A stretch of DNA of 64,000 nucleotides, filler included, from Stramenopiles sp. TOSAG23-2 (Eukaryota), in the NCBI GenBank assembly GCA_900128395.1. It is 29 parts of 29 records of this genome, joined end to end, with 100 filler letters (N's around TTAATTAATTAA, not from the genome) between each part and the next. Parts side by side here need not be neighbours in the genome. Positions count along the whole stretch, not along the records: positions 1 to 2,125 come from LT652006.1; positions 2,226 to 4,347 come from LT652007.1; positions 4,448 to 6,569 come from LT652008.1; positions 6,670 to 8,790 come from LT652009.1; positions 8,891 to 11,009 come from LT652010.1; 24 more parts are not named here. The stretch is one strand, 5' to 3'. The position numbers and the translations under genes are program-made. This document shows positions 1 to 11,109 of this stretch, one piece after another. The notes beneath the pieces were generated by a model. It was not told the DNA's origin and did not search any database. It saw only the letters and a list, made by a program, of their open reading frames with translations. Within the stretch, counting starts at the first letter, position 1; each line of letters opens with the position of its first letter.

Positions 1-1219
1 TTTAATCCATCAATAATACTTTGTATTCCACTATCATCAGTAATATTATTATTATATAGGCCCAATCTCTCTAATGTATTGTTTGTTTTTAATGCTTCAC
101 CAATACTTTGTACATCAGTAATATTATTATTCTGTAGGTACAATTCCTTTAATGTATTGTTTGTTTTTAATCCTTCACCAATATATCTCACATTTGAATC
201 ATTAACACCACTTGCTATTGCTATTCTACCACTTGGAGTAGCTACAATTCTTATTTTATCACTTCTTTTATCCAAAACATTTTGAAATGCAACAAAACAC
301 GTATCATCAAATGCTTTTACATTTTCCCATCCGAGATCAATTATCTTATAATTAAACTTATCATTATAGTATGCACAACATACATAATCATATCAATAAA
401 TTCTGCCTTTTCATTATCTTCTGCTGGCTTTTCCACATCAAAATGTTCATTCTCGTTGTTGCCTAATCCAATAGCAGTATCTTTCATCGTTTCTTGTAAT
501 TCGTCCATCTTTTCTTCCATCGCATCTACATGTTCATTGATATTAATTTTGATATCTTCAATTGCTTCATTTAATTTATCTTTTATATCGTTTTTTATTT
601 TTTGTTTACCTTTATTAAGTTTATATTTTGCTTCATCTTTATGAAATGTTTTTGTATGTGAACTATTTCGCATATCAGGTGCTGATGTTCGACGTTGTTT
701 TTGTTCATTATTATTATTATTATTGGTCATTTTCTTCATATTTGTCCCTCTTATAGTATGTCGACGATCTTTCTTTTCATACAAAGGATTTGCAACTGCA
801 TTTATAAACTCTTTCGTGTGTACCATTTTTATTTCTTTTTCGGGGGCGTCATTGTTTTTTTTTATTTCTTTTTCCGGGGCGTCATTGTTTTTTTTTAGCG
901 TAAAATTTGATATACCCTTTTTTAACTGAATACCTCGATCTATAACTGCTTTCCCAATTGTAGTTTTCGTAAAAATATATTTAATAGTAGACCAAAATGC
1001 GCTAACACCTGTCAATGCAACCACTACTAAACACGCTGTAAAGAAGAACTCTGATAATGATAAATGTTGAGATGTAAACACTGTACTTGGATCAACTTCG
1101 CATGCATTTGCAAGAGCATTGCGTATAAGTAATGACTTGTATGTTTTTTTAATTTGCACTATGTTTGTTGTGCTGTTGGTGAAATTAGAGCTATTATTTA
1201 TAGTAGTAGCAAAATTCAT
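1..1219 (-). CDS. Transmembrane/coiled-coil protein with C-terminal RI-like leucine-rich repeats; apparent 1-nt frameshift near 390; 3' end runs off the window
   Basis: ORF 341-1219 is followed in a shifted frame by YDYVCCAYYNDKF...IGEGLKTNNTLKELYLQNNNITDVQSIGEALKTNNTLERLGLYNNNITDDSGIQSIIDGL. It also carries an internal duplication of KKNNDAPEKEI. Confidence 0.65.
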
Positions 1220-2125
1220 TTTGTTTGTTTTTTTGTTTGTTTTTGTATTTTTATTTTCGTTAATAAATTGTGATATATATACTTTATTATTATGGAATAA
1301 AATGTATATAGATAATATGATTAAACGACTTATTGCTTTTTGTTTGAATATATTTTCAATGAAAAAGAAATGGTGTGGGTATTTAAAAAACTAATCCAGA
1401 ATATACTCTGAACTTTAATTCATTTTAACATTTAAACTCTCCAATCTAAATCACACAAATCTTGTGTCTATTATAATATCTGTAATATCAATAGTATGTG
1501 GTGGTATTATACACATGAAAGCGTAACAAAATGAGTTCGGCAAACCGGTGGTGCGGTGCAACGCTAATACTATGTTAAAAATAAAATTGACTTATGTGTG
1601 TGTCGGGATTTTTTGAAATTTCATTGGTAAATTAAGTATCAATTTAGTATACTAATTAATTTGATAGCTGGATTATACCAACGGTGAATCAGGAAATCTA
1701 TAAATCCAGAAATCTATATAAATCTGTGGAAATCCACAGAAATCAGGAATCAGAATGTGCATCATCAATGCTATTATTATGCTATTATGTCCTAATTAAC
1801 AATCCTAACAGTATGCAAAATTTGTACTAACTTTCAACCAGAAGTGTGCCCATCTCTTGATTTTGAATTTCCGTATCTACTTATACCTATAATAACGGCA
1901 ATCCTTTTTTACCTCTTATTTACATGCTATTCCGATACCACCATCCACATGTGTTATTAACTTATATTATTTTTACCTTCGATTGAATAATGAAGTTTTA
2001 AAATGGTTGAATTTTATAATTAATATTAGTAGTAGTGATGATGTACATGCAAGAGAAACAAACAACTGTCATTGAAAATTCAGAAACCACAGAAACCTCT
2101 AATATATATATATATATATTGTTAA

Positions 2126-2225
2126 NNNNNNNNNNNNNNNNNNNNNNNNNNNNNNNNNNNNNNNNNNNNTTAATTAATTAANNNNNNNNNNNNNNNNNNN
2201 NNNNNNNNNNNNNNNNNNNNNNNNN
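2126..2225. other. Artificial contig linker (44N-TTAATTAATTAA-44N), first of 28. The others start at 4348, 6570, 8791, 11010, 13229, 15444, 17658, 19871, 22083, 24295, 26506, 28717, 30928, 33138, 35348, 37557, 39766, 41975, 44184, 46392, 48600, 50808, 53015, 55222, 57427, 59632 and 61837
   Basis: An identical 100-nt spacer with stops in all six frames recurs about every 2.2 kb, and the spacing falls steadily from 2222 to 2205. Confidence 0.98.
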
Positions 2226-3705
2226 GTTTGTATGTATCTGAATATGATACGTGATGCGTTGTATTGATGTAAACATTGTTCACATACATGTTTTATACGT
2301 ATGTATGTGTAGATGTACCATTTTCAAATAGCATAGTAATAGCATTACGGATAAAAGTCAGGTAATATAGATATATAGGTAATTATAACACACTAACACT
2401 ACAACAAGTACCTTGGGGATTTTGCTTGGGGATGGACCACCCATCCCCAAGTGAGCTTGGGGATTAAGGATATTTTTCAGGATTCCGCTGCACTACACTC
2501 AAGCTGCTGATGTACATGCCTGTGTACATATGTTTGTGTGCGTGTATATCGATAATATTATTCATTTGTGTGTGTATAAATCGACGATATTGTAAGAATA
2601 GTTTCAATTTTTTGGGGTGTAAATCGGCGTGTGTGTGTTTGACATGTATATGTAATTATTGTGGATTTTTTTTTTGGTGTAAATATTAATAAAAATAAAG
2701 ACTCTGCTGTGAGAAAAATGAATACAAAAAATGAAATACTTGGATGTGTTATTGGTGGAAGTTTTATCTTTCTATTTGTATTTGTATATTATCAATTAAT
2801 ATTAGTACAATTCAATTTAGTCAATCCAAAACATGTGAATAATGCAATTTTTAAATCATCATATACAAATGAAGTACGTAAAGCACGTAGAAATTTACTT
2901 GCTAGATGCCAATAATTAATAGTAATAGTAAGGAATTGTCTCATCGGTCATGGGTATTCGTTGAAAAATAAAAAATTAACAACTACGCGTATCAATACAT
3001 TTTATTTAAATTATATACTTTCAGTATTAAAACACTACTCGAACCGCTTACTTCGAGATCTTATAATCTTCGACTAGACGACTATAGTTCTAAAATAGTA
3101 CCAAAATAATTTCAATAATGAAAAATGGTGGAACAAAAATAACTTCGATTCTTCGTTCTTCGGGCCCCATGACTTTAAGGACTTCCATAAAAATGATGCC
3201 AATAGCATTAACACAGCACTGGTTATTTTGTTCACTATTGATCAATGCTATGCCGGCTATGCCTGCTAATCCGGAAGTAGATAGGAAGCCACTATCATAT
3301 ATTAAGTACAATAATCAGTAGAGTATGAAAATCCTCCCTGAATAATTTTGTTATCTTTTATATTAGCATGCTATACACATCCTAAATAATTTTATAACTT
3401 TTTTTGCTCATTCACTCTCTATTTACGACGGTACTATTTCAATGCTATTTTTTTGGATCGTGTGTAAAATGGTGTATATAAGTTGATCCAATTTGATATG
3501 TGTGCATAGATGACACATGAGAGAGAGAGAGAGAGAGATACGAAGAGAGGATAATAATAGATATAAATCATATTATATTGTTTAAAGTTTTAAAAAAAGA
3601 GATAACAAATTACGATATTATTAAACACAGTTGATTATTTGTTTGTGTGTTTTCAATATATTGTATAGTATATATTAACATACATATATATATATTTATA
3701 ATAAA

Positions 3706-4347
3706 ATGAAAACACCATATCGTGATGAAGTAGGTCGTGATCGTTATGCTATTGTGCGTCATATTTGTAGTTGGCCATTAGTTGTTAAATGGGCCAAAAC
3801 ACTTGGAACAAAATTTCAACGTTATAAAATTATGAATGAAGAAGAACCCATACATCAATCATCAACATCAATTGTATTTTTCGCAACAGATGTTGAAGAC
3901 AATAATAACAAGGTAGCATTGAAGTTGATGAGAAATTATGAAGAATTTGAACGAGAAATTATATCGCGTTTCAACAATAGTAACAATCAAACAATTAATA
4001 AATGTGTAGTTAAAGTACTTGGTTGGCATGTACCAAATGATAATAACGCGCCATCAATTCAAACAAATAAACGCGATAATGCAACACAATCAAATTTTCA
4101 TGGAGATAAGCCATACGTATTGGTCATGGAGCGAGATAGCAAATCTCTTTTTCACCAACTTGTCACACAACGTATTGCCGGTTGTAGTGTAGATAAAGTT
4201 ATAAATATTTTTCAACAAGCCGTAGATAAAGTGAAAGAATTACATGATTTAGGATATATACATTGCGATTTGAAACCACGGAATTTTTTATATGTTAAAC
4301 GTGATGGCAAAGAAGAACAATTATTATTATGTGATATGGATGCAGCA
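3706..4347 (+). CDS. Protein kinase, N-terminal part, cut by the contig end
   Basis: VALKLM (VAIK-type lysine), helix-C Glu in FERE, catalytic loop HCDLKPRN, and CDMD at the DFG position. Confidence 0.85.
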
Positions 4348-4545
4348 NNNNNNNNNNNNNNNNNNNNNNNNNNNNNNNNNNNNNNNNNNNNTTAATTAAT
4401 TAANNNNNNNNNNNNNNNNNNNNNNNNNNNNNNNNNNNNNNNNNNNNTCGCCGAAAATCGTCTGCCCTTTACATTTAAATGGATAACGACGACGAAGATG
4501 TAAACCAGTATAATAAATGTTTAAAACCCCTCCAAAAAAAAAATA

Positions 4546-4774
4546 AAATAATTAAGTACAATATTAGTATACTATAAGTTAACAACTTGATAGGGAATCG
4601 ACAAAAAATGAAAAAAATGGAACAAATAACAAATAATATTGTACTTTTTTAGTTCGAAATTTTATACCTACTGCCTATCAAATTTGTTACATTTTTTTCA
4701 TTTTTTGCGACTTTTTTGATGAATTCCTATCAAGTTGTTAAATTATAGTATACTAATATTGTACTTAATTATTT
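4546..4774. mobile_element. Foldback/MITE-like element with imperfect inverted arms of about 80-90 bp
   Basis: aaataattaagtacaatattagtatactataagttaacaacttgatagg at 4546 pairs with cctatcaagttgttaaattatagtatactaatattgtacttaattattt ending at 4774. Confidence 0.65.
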
Positions 4775-5086
4775 ATTTTTTTGATCTTCCTCTGATCGAC
4801 TGTAACATCAGTCTAAGTCGTCCAGCAGTAATTTCAGTAATAGTGTACACTATTAATTATTTTTTTATTATTTTTTTATAGAAATTTTATAATAATTTTT
4901 CGTACTTATGTGCTTATTAATATACACAAACACATAGAAATAAAAATAGTACTAAAAAAAAATATTTTTTATCTGTCGTCTGTAGATTTTATTTTAAAAC
5001 AGTACGTGGTTGTTGATATTTAAATTTTTACTTATATATAAATATGCAAAATATCAGACGAATGATAAAGAAGAAGTTCGTATTTG

Positions 5087-6569
5087 TTATTTATTCTTGA
5101 AACCAATCTCTACAGGTCTTTTCGCATCTTGTAGCAAAGTCACAAGTTTGGCAAAAGGCATGCCGGAGACATGAACATTTCCAACGCGCACTATACGATC
5201 ATGTGGCTTAATTAAATTAGTTCGTGCTGCTGCACCCTTTGGGTCCACTTTAACAACTTCGATTTCTACGGCTCCATTTACATTAATGTCACCGAGTTCC
5301 ATGCCATACGGCCCACTCGGGAATTTGCAGCTGTAATTTTCCTTTATTGCAGAAGTATTATTTATATAATTGCCAGGTATGAAGCCTAAGTCAAGTGGCC
5401 TGTCTGGTACATTCTTTAATGTTTCGGTCACTTCTTCCAATGTTAAGCCTCTTACAGAATAGGAATCAATACGAACAAGTATGTCTCCAACATTAAGGCT
5501 AGGGAATCGCTGTGCTTCACCATCTACAGTTTTCTCATCAACGTAAACAACATTATCGCTGGCATCATCAGTTTTTTCAGCCAACACCATTCCAAAACTT
5601 TCGTTTTTGAAGCTATAAACATTTAAATCTTCAGCGCCCACTTTCATACTTTCTAATGAAGTATCTTCTTTTCTATTCTTGCTCCGAGTAAAATATAATT
5701 TCACAGGACGAGGTTGATTACGCACAAGTTCCATTACCTTAGCAAAGTCAACGTCGTGGACTGCATAAGAGCCGACTTGGACAAGGAAATCTCCAATTCG
5801 TAAGGCATCGTATTCGCTAGCAGTTGTACCAGGAATCTTTGAAACAAGCTCTGCACTGCTTGGGCTACCTGGATGCGTCACTTCACCAAATGATATTCCT
5901 AAAGGACCAGGTGGGAAATTATACATCGAAATATTGGCTTTATCTTTGCTCAATTCCCTGCTGAAGGTTATTTCCATCGGACGTGGAGTCGTTTGCATCT
6001 TCTTTAATACGTCTAGGAAATCCAAGGCTCTAACATTGACCCCATTGATCTTTGCAACAATATCACCAGGTTTTACCAAGTGACCTGCTGAAGCTTTACT
6101 TCCTGGTATAATAGAGACAACTTCTACAGATGCATCCCCGTTTTGATCAACTGCATCACCAAAAGTAATACCAAGCGTTTCGCTTTGTTGGAAACTAACA
6201 ACGATGTCTTTCTTGCTTGCTTCTGAGACGTTATCACCATGTATGAAAGTTATTTCTAATGGCCGTTTCTCGGACTTGATTATCGATATGACATTGTCAA
6301 AATCCATGCCTCGAATTGGCCGTGCGCCAATGCGGACAACTCTGTCACCCTTTTGCAACTCATCATACCCCATTCCTTGACCTTCCGGCAACTTTTCAAT
6401 AACTTCCACGTAGCTTTCTCCATCTTTACGTACGCCATCCCCGAACTGAATTCCAAGCGGGCCATTCCCGAACCGACATGTAAATTCACGAACACCGGAC
6501 AAATCAAGTGTTTGAAATGATTTAATAGCTTTAAGTGACTTCGAATCCATATTCTGCATCTTCCACCAT
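5087..6569 (-). CDS. Multi-PDZ-domain scaffold protein (about 5 PDZ domains), possibly 5'-partial
   Basis: Repeated GPLGIxF...GD.IV.ING..V.G.DF..V...I....RP+EI.F units. Confidence 0.88.
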
Positions 6570-6673
6570 NNNNNNNNNNNNNNNNNNNNNNNNNNNNNNN
6601 NNNNNNNNNNNNNTTAATTAATTAANNNNNNNNNNNNNNNNNNNNNNNNNNNNNNNNNNNNNNNNNNNNACTT

Positions 6674-7015
6674 TTACGTAATTGTCAATGATTTTTCAGT
6701 AGCCGCCATCAATATTGCCTCTTCAGTCCCATCATCTTCAATAATAGCATTATTATATTCTAACGATTGTTCATCGTCATTGTCATTAGTATCATTATCA
6801 TCATATTGAGGATCATGATGTAATTTATCCACTGGTATTCCAAGTGCATCAAATCTCCTTTCAACTTCTTTTTTATTCGCTAATCTTCGACGTGGCAATT
6901 TGACATGTGGTTTCTTTTTATACACTTTCATTTGTTTCTGTATATTTTTGTTAAACGTTGGTTTGATCCATGATGATCGTGGATCTTGAACATTATACGT
7001 ATTTGGTGCTAACAT
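6674..7015 (-). CDS. C-terminal fragment of a hypothetical protein, with weak likeness to STPG/ODF3-type ciliary repeats
   Basis: 113-aa ORF with a PNTYNV...KPTFN motif; it abuts the next gene head-to-head with no gap. Confidence 0.3.
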   Translation of the reverse strand: MLAPNTYNVQDPRSSWIKPTFNKNIQKQMKVYKKKPHVKLPRRRLANKKEVERRFDALGIPVDKLHHDPQYDDNDTNDNDDEQSLEYNNAIIEDDGTEEAILMAATEKSLTIT

Positions 7016-7462
7016 CGAACACCTAATGAAGTTGAAACATTACAAAGAGGAGAAAATGTTCGTCCATATGAGGCACTTATTATGAAATGTAAAATTCCAC
7101 GTGAAATTTATAATTCAAATGATAATGATCGCAATTACCATATTGTAAATATAGAATATCAATATTACAATGGCAATAATAAAGACGGTGATTCAAACAA
7201 ACGAGACACTTTTTTAGAAAGAGCAAATAAAGGTGATTTTAATATTGAAAATATAACATTTCAATTGCCTAAAAATAATAATGGAAACCTTTTAGATACA
7301 ATGAAAAAAACAATTACAGATAATAAAAGTATACTTGGTGCATGTACTATGGTATATGGAGAGTACATAAATAATTGGTTGTTACAATGGATAGAATATA
7401 ATATTCACGTTGTAGGTGTTTCTACATTTTACATCTACGATGTTTATCATTTTTCTATATAA
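7013..7462 (+). CDS. Fragment of a glycosyltransferase family 92-like protein
   Basis: LGACTMVYGEY...LLQWIEYNIHVVGVSTFYIYD matches the GT92 N-terminal motif; the frame is open from 7013 and similarity stops after YIYD. Confidence 0.6.
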   Translation, partial: HRTPNEVETLQRGENVRPYEALIMKCKIPREIYNSNDNDRNYHIVNIEYQYYNGNNKDGDSNKRDTFLERANKGDFNIENITFQLPKNNNGNLLDTMKKTITDNKSILGACTMVYGEYINNWLLQWIEYNIHVVGVSTFYIYDVYHFSI

Positions 7463-7947
7463 AATAACATCCAACGTCTTTTGCACCTTTTTGCCTTTCG
7501 GTATATTTAACCTTAAAATGTTATTTAGTAAAAAGTACCAGAATAAGAACAGAAAGAAGTTTCTGAATATCGATATAGGAAAATCTTACGAAACATGTTG
7601 GGCTACATCTCATATTTCGAAAGAGTCTCTAGATATGAGATGTTTTTTCCTGTATCCATTACTTACTGTACCACTCTGGTGATGTGGTCAGTATATTCAC
7701 ATATATATTGTGTGTGTGGGATCCATTTGATTACCATGGTAGGTAAAAAGAGACAAATAAATTTATGAAAGTCAAGATCTTCAAATAATTACAAATAGCA
7801 CATCTCTCTGATTCTATATTTATTTTTTTAAATATAAAAAGAGTGTGTGTGATTATTATTATTACTAATAGGGAGAGCGTTACTAAGAAGAAAATTTTGC
7901 ATAAATTTTTTTAAATTCCACACATCACTCCAGCGGCAAGCACTGTT

Positions 7948-8790
7948 TTACAACGCAAAATCAAATGTTGAAAAATATGATATTTTCTTCATAGTACTCC
8001 TAAGCATATTATTATCGTTCTTATTATTATCTTCCACGAACCCATCACTATTTTTCTTATAACATTCTTGTGGTAAAATCCAAGTTGAAGGAGGTAATTC
8101 ACCACCAACTTGATAGTCATAAAATAAATTCATAAACCATTTACTACCAATTTCATCACCAGATTCCATAATAATTGGACGACATTGATTCATTGTATCA
8201 ACTAGAACATTACCTGTATTTAATTCATCATTTTTCAATGCAAAAAATCGTGTAAGATTTTTTCCAGCAACATCGACACTACCTTCTTTTATAGGAAAGC
8301 TTTTATAGGTGTTATTACTTGTTGCATTTGGGTTTCCAAATATAAGTTTAGATGTACCATTAAAAGTGTTACCAGCCTTACTTCTGCATAGTACTCCACG
8401 TCGATCACGATATTTTAAAATAACAAAGGTGCGATTTGTTGGTTTTAAATACATAATTGTAGTGCTCTGGTTGCCTTCACTTGAAATTAACTTTATGTTG
8501 CCATTTCCATTGATAATATCAGTTTTGACTGTGACTACACTGTTATTAGTGATTTTTGTTTGATTAAACGAATACTTTGAAATGTTTTTCTCGGTGAAAT
8601 GATATGCATCAAACTGGCATCCGGGTTGAGGATTACACCCCTGTTTACATGCTAAGCAAGTTTTATAGTGGATTGTGTAAGAGCAATCGCCATTATCATC
8701 AATTGTAAATGCTTTATCCTCTTCTGTTGCACCACAATCAAAGTTAAGTGCTAGTTGACGAGGTGTGCCTTCAGGGCCTGTTGATATAAT
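7948..8790 (-). CDS. Secreted/lysosomal-type protein: end of an MRH (mannose-6-phosphate receptor homology)-like domain plus an ependymin-like C-terminal domain; 5'-partial
   Basis: The frame is open to the contig end: RQLALNFDCG...DCSYTIHYKTCLAC, then C-terminal CRPII...FYDYQVG..PPSTWILPQEC. Confidence 0.5.
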   Translation of the reverse strand: MISTGPEGTPRQLALNFDCGATEEDKAFTIDDNGDCSYTIHYKTCLACKQGCNPQPGCQFDAYHFTEKNISKYSFNQTKITNNSVVTVKTDIINGNGNIKLISSEGNQSTTIMYLKPTNRTFVILKYRDRRGVLCRSKAGNTFNGTSKLIFGNPNATSNNTYKSFPIKEGSVDVAGKNLTRFFALKNDELNTGNVLVDTMNQCRPIIMESGDEIGSKWFMNLFYDYQVGGELPPSTWILPQECYKKNSDGFVEDNNKNDNNMLRSTMKKISYFSTFDFAL

Positions 8791-8890
8791 NNNNNNNNNN
8801 NNNNNNNNNNNNNNNNNNNNNNNNNNNNNNNNNNTTAATTAATTAANNNNNNNNNNNNNNNNNNNNNNNNNNNNNNNNNNNNNNNNNNNN

Positions 8891-9442
8891 ATTACGTGAA
8901 AAAGAAAGAATATCTGTTGCAGCTGCTTCAAAATTATTATGTAATACGATGTATAGTTACCGTGGTTATGGTTTATCAATGGGTACAATGGTTGCAGGTT
9001 GGGATAAAAGTGGCCCACAATTATATTATGTTGATAATGATGCTACCAGATTACATGCAATTAAAGGTAAGTAATAAATATACATATATGTATGTCTATA
9101 TATCGAAAAAATAATTAGAATGACTAACAAATATTGAAATACATACATATATACACATATATAGGCGAAGATGGCGATGGACGTCCATATTTCAGTGTTG
9201 GTAGTGGTTCAACATATGCATATGGTGTGTTGGATAGTGGTTATAAATGGGATATGACTGAAGAAGAAGCGATTACACTTGGTCAAAAAGCTATTTACCA
9301 TGCTACATATCGTGATGCATATAGTGGTGGTATCAATCAAGTATATGTTGTACGTGAAGATGGATGGGAACGTATTGGTGGATGGGATGTGAAATTACAC
9401 CATGAACGTTTTGGTATGGAAGCAAGAACTGGTGTACGATAA
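8891..9442 (+). CDS. PSMB5: 20S proteasome subunit beta type-5, 3' part, with intron 9067-9164
   Basis: [44 protein letters not shown] and [15 protein letters not shown]...[13 protein letters not shown]; removing the GTAAGT...TAG intron joins the two in frame. Confidence 0.95.
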
Positions 9443-9924
9443 AGGGTATGAAGTATAGGTCATCATCTATTACGCGTATTGCTCGTATATACGTACTTTG
9501 GCACTTTGGCAGAGGATGAAAGAGAGGAATCGAATATATAATCAATACACTGGTTATTTATTTTAAAAATGCATAAAATATGATAGATCATTATTGAAGG
9601 AATTTTGTAAAAATGAAAATAATCATTATATAGCGAGTGGCGACGAGTGGAAGGGGAAAGGGAAATAAAAATGCTTCTCCCCGAAGAGTTTTAAAATTTA
9701 TACGTACTACATACCACATATGTGTGATTTTCAATATGATATTTATATACTCGTGTACACGTTTTTATATTTTTTACTTGCATGAATTTTACAGAGATTA
9801 AAACTGAGGACACTCTTCTTTCCTTCTTCCCAGTGTTCAACTACATGTACAAGATAAAGATGCCAAAAAACACATCTAAACACACAAACACACGCGCCCA
9901 CTTTATCTGTCTCTGGTTCAATCA

Positions 9925-10045
9925 TTTAAATCTCACCATATTACCTGCTCCTACATCTCTACCATTTTCATCATGATAATTTGCTTTTCCACCTTTTGAA
10001 CGTAAAAGTGCAATATTATCCAGTTTTGATCATATAGGACTATAT
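9925..10045 (-). pseudogene. Decayed 3' fragment of the window's ankyrin-repeat gene family
   Basis: Reads SPI*SKLDNIALLRSKGGKANYHDENGRDVGAGN, matching the family C-terminus SPIRQEIIALLRSKGGIANYHHDENG at 31121-31624. Confidence 0.65.
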
Positions 10046-10208
10046 TGTCTTGAAATGTAAATATCTTTTGTGGAATGTGTGTTGATGGTGTTGATGAATG
10101 TTGTGATGGTGGTATTGATCATGTTTCATCTCCTCTCGCCTCTCTCTTTCCAAATCTTGGTGTGTGCGTGTGCGCTGATCCCACATTTCATATATATATA
10201 TATATATA

Positions 10209-10664
10209 TCATGAATGACTTTGCAATCGTCTATGATGCAATTGTTGATTATTATTATTATTAGTTGATGATGTTGAACGATGTGGACTGAAATGTAATG
10301 TCTTCTTGGAATTAGTTTTATTAACAGATGATGGTGTTGATGAATGTTTCGATGATACATGTGATGCATTATTATTATTATTATTATGATTCGATGATGT
10401 TGATCTAAAATGATGAGAAGGTTGATGTATACCAGCACTTTGTAAAATAACACCAATAAATGTAGCAGCACTTGTTATTATAAAAACTAATAATAATGCT
10501 GGAATTGCTAAACCATAATAACGATCTGGAAAATATTTCAACCAATGTGCTAAATCTTGTGATGTTTCTAACCATGGCGTTACTAATATCCATATGGTAT
10601 AATACAAATGCCATATGATAGACGCGACAATGATAATTGCACCAATTGTTTTATCCAGTACCAT
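10209..10664 (-). CDS. DPM2: Dolichol-phosphate mannose synthase regulatory subunit 2 with a low-complexity tail
   Basis: DKTIGAIII...YYTIWILVTPW...KYFPDRYYGLAIP...FIGVIL two-TM signature. Confidence 0.85.
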   Translation of the reverse strand: MVLDKTIGAIIIVASIIWHLYYTIWILVTPWLETSQDLAHWLKYFPDRYYGLAIPALLLVFIITSAATFIGVILQSAGIHQPSHHFRSTSSNHNNNNNNASHVSSKHSSTPSSVNKTNSKKTLHFSPHRSTSSTNNNNNQQLHHRRLQSHS

Positions 10665-11109
10665 GTTTTCTTTAATTTTTACTATATAATATTCAAATTG
10701 AATAATAATAATTATTATAACGATAACACTTTTTGAAATAATAAATAATTTAATTTCCTGTTTATGAGGAGATATTTTCTTTAATTTTGTTTTCTTTTTT
10801 CAGTGATTTTTGTCGTTTTCCAACTGTATGTCCTATTCTCTTTTCTTGAATATCTGGTGGTGGTTAAATGATTACATTTTCTGGCTTTTACATCAAATTG
10901 TTTTTCTGCTATCATTCATCCTCATATTAATAATTATTATTAAAATTAAAGTTTTAATTCTATCCACACGTATTATATATTGAAATTGACATTTCAATCC
11001 ATACCAATANNNNNNNNNNNNNNNNNNNNNNNNNNNNNNNNNNNNNNNNNNNNTTAATTAATTAANNNNNNNNNNNNNNNNNNNNNNNNNNNNNNNNNNN
11101 NNNNNNNNN

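Noticed and set aside
341-400. Programmed frameshift or stop-codon reassignment
   Set aside because: There is no slippery site or stimulatory structure, and conserved genes (eEF2, IFT46, PSMB5) read normally in the standard code. A 1-nt indel is the simpler explanation
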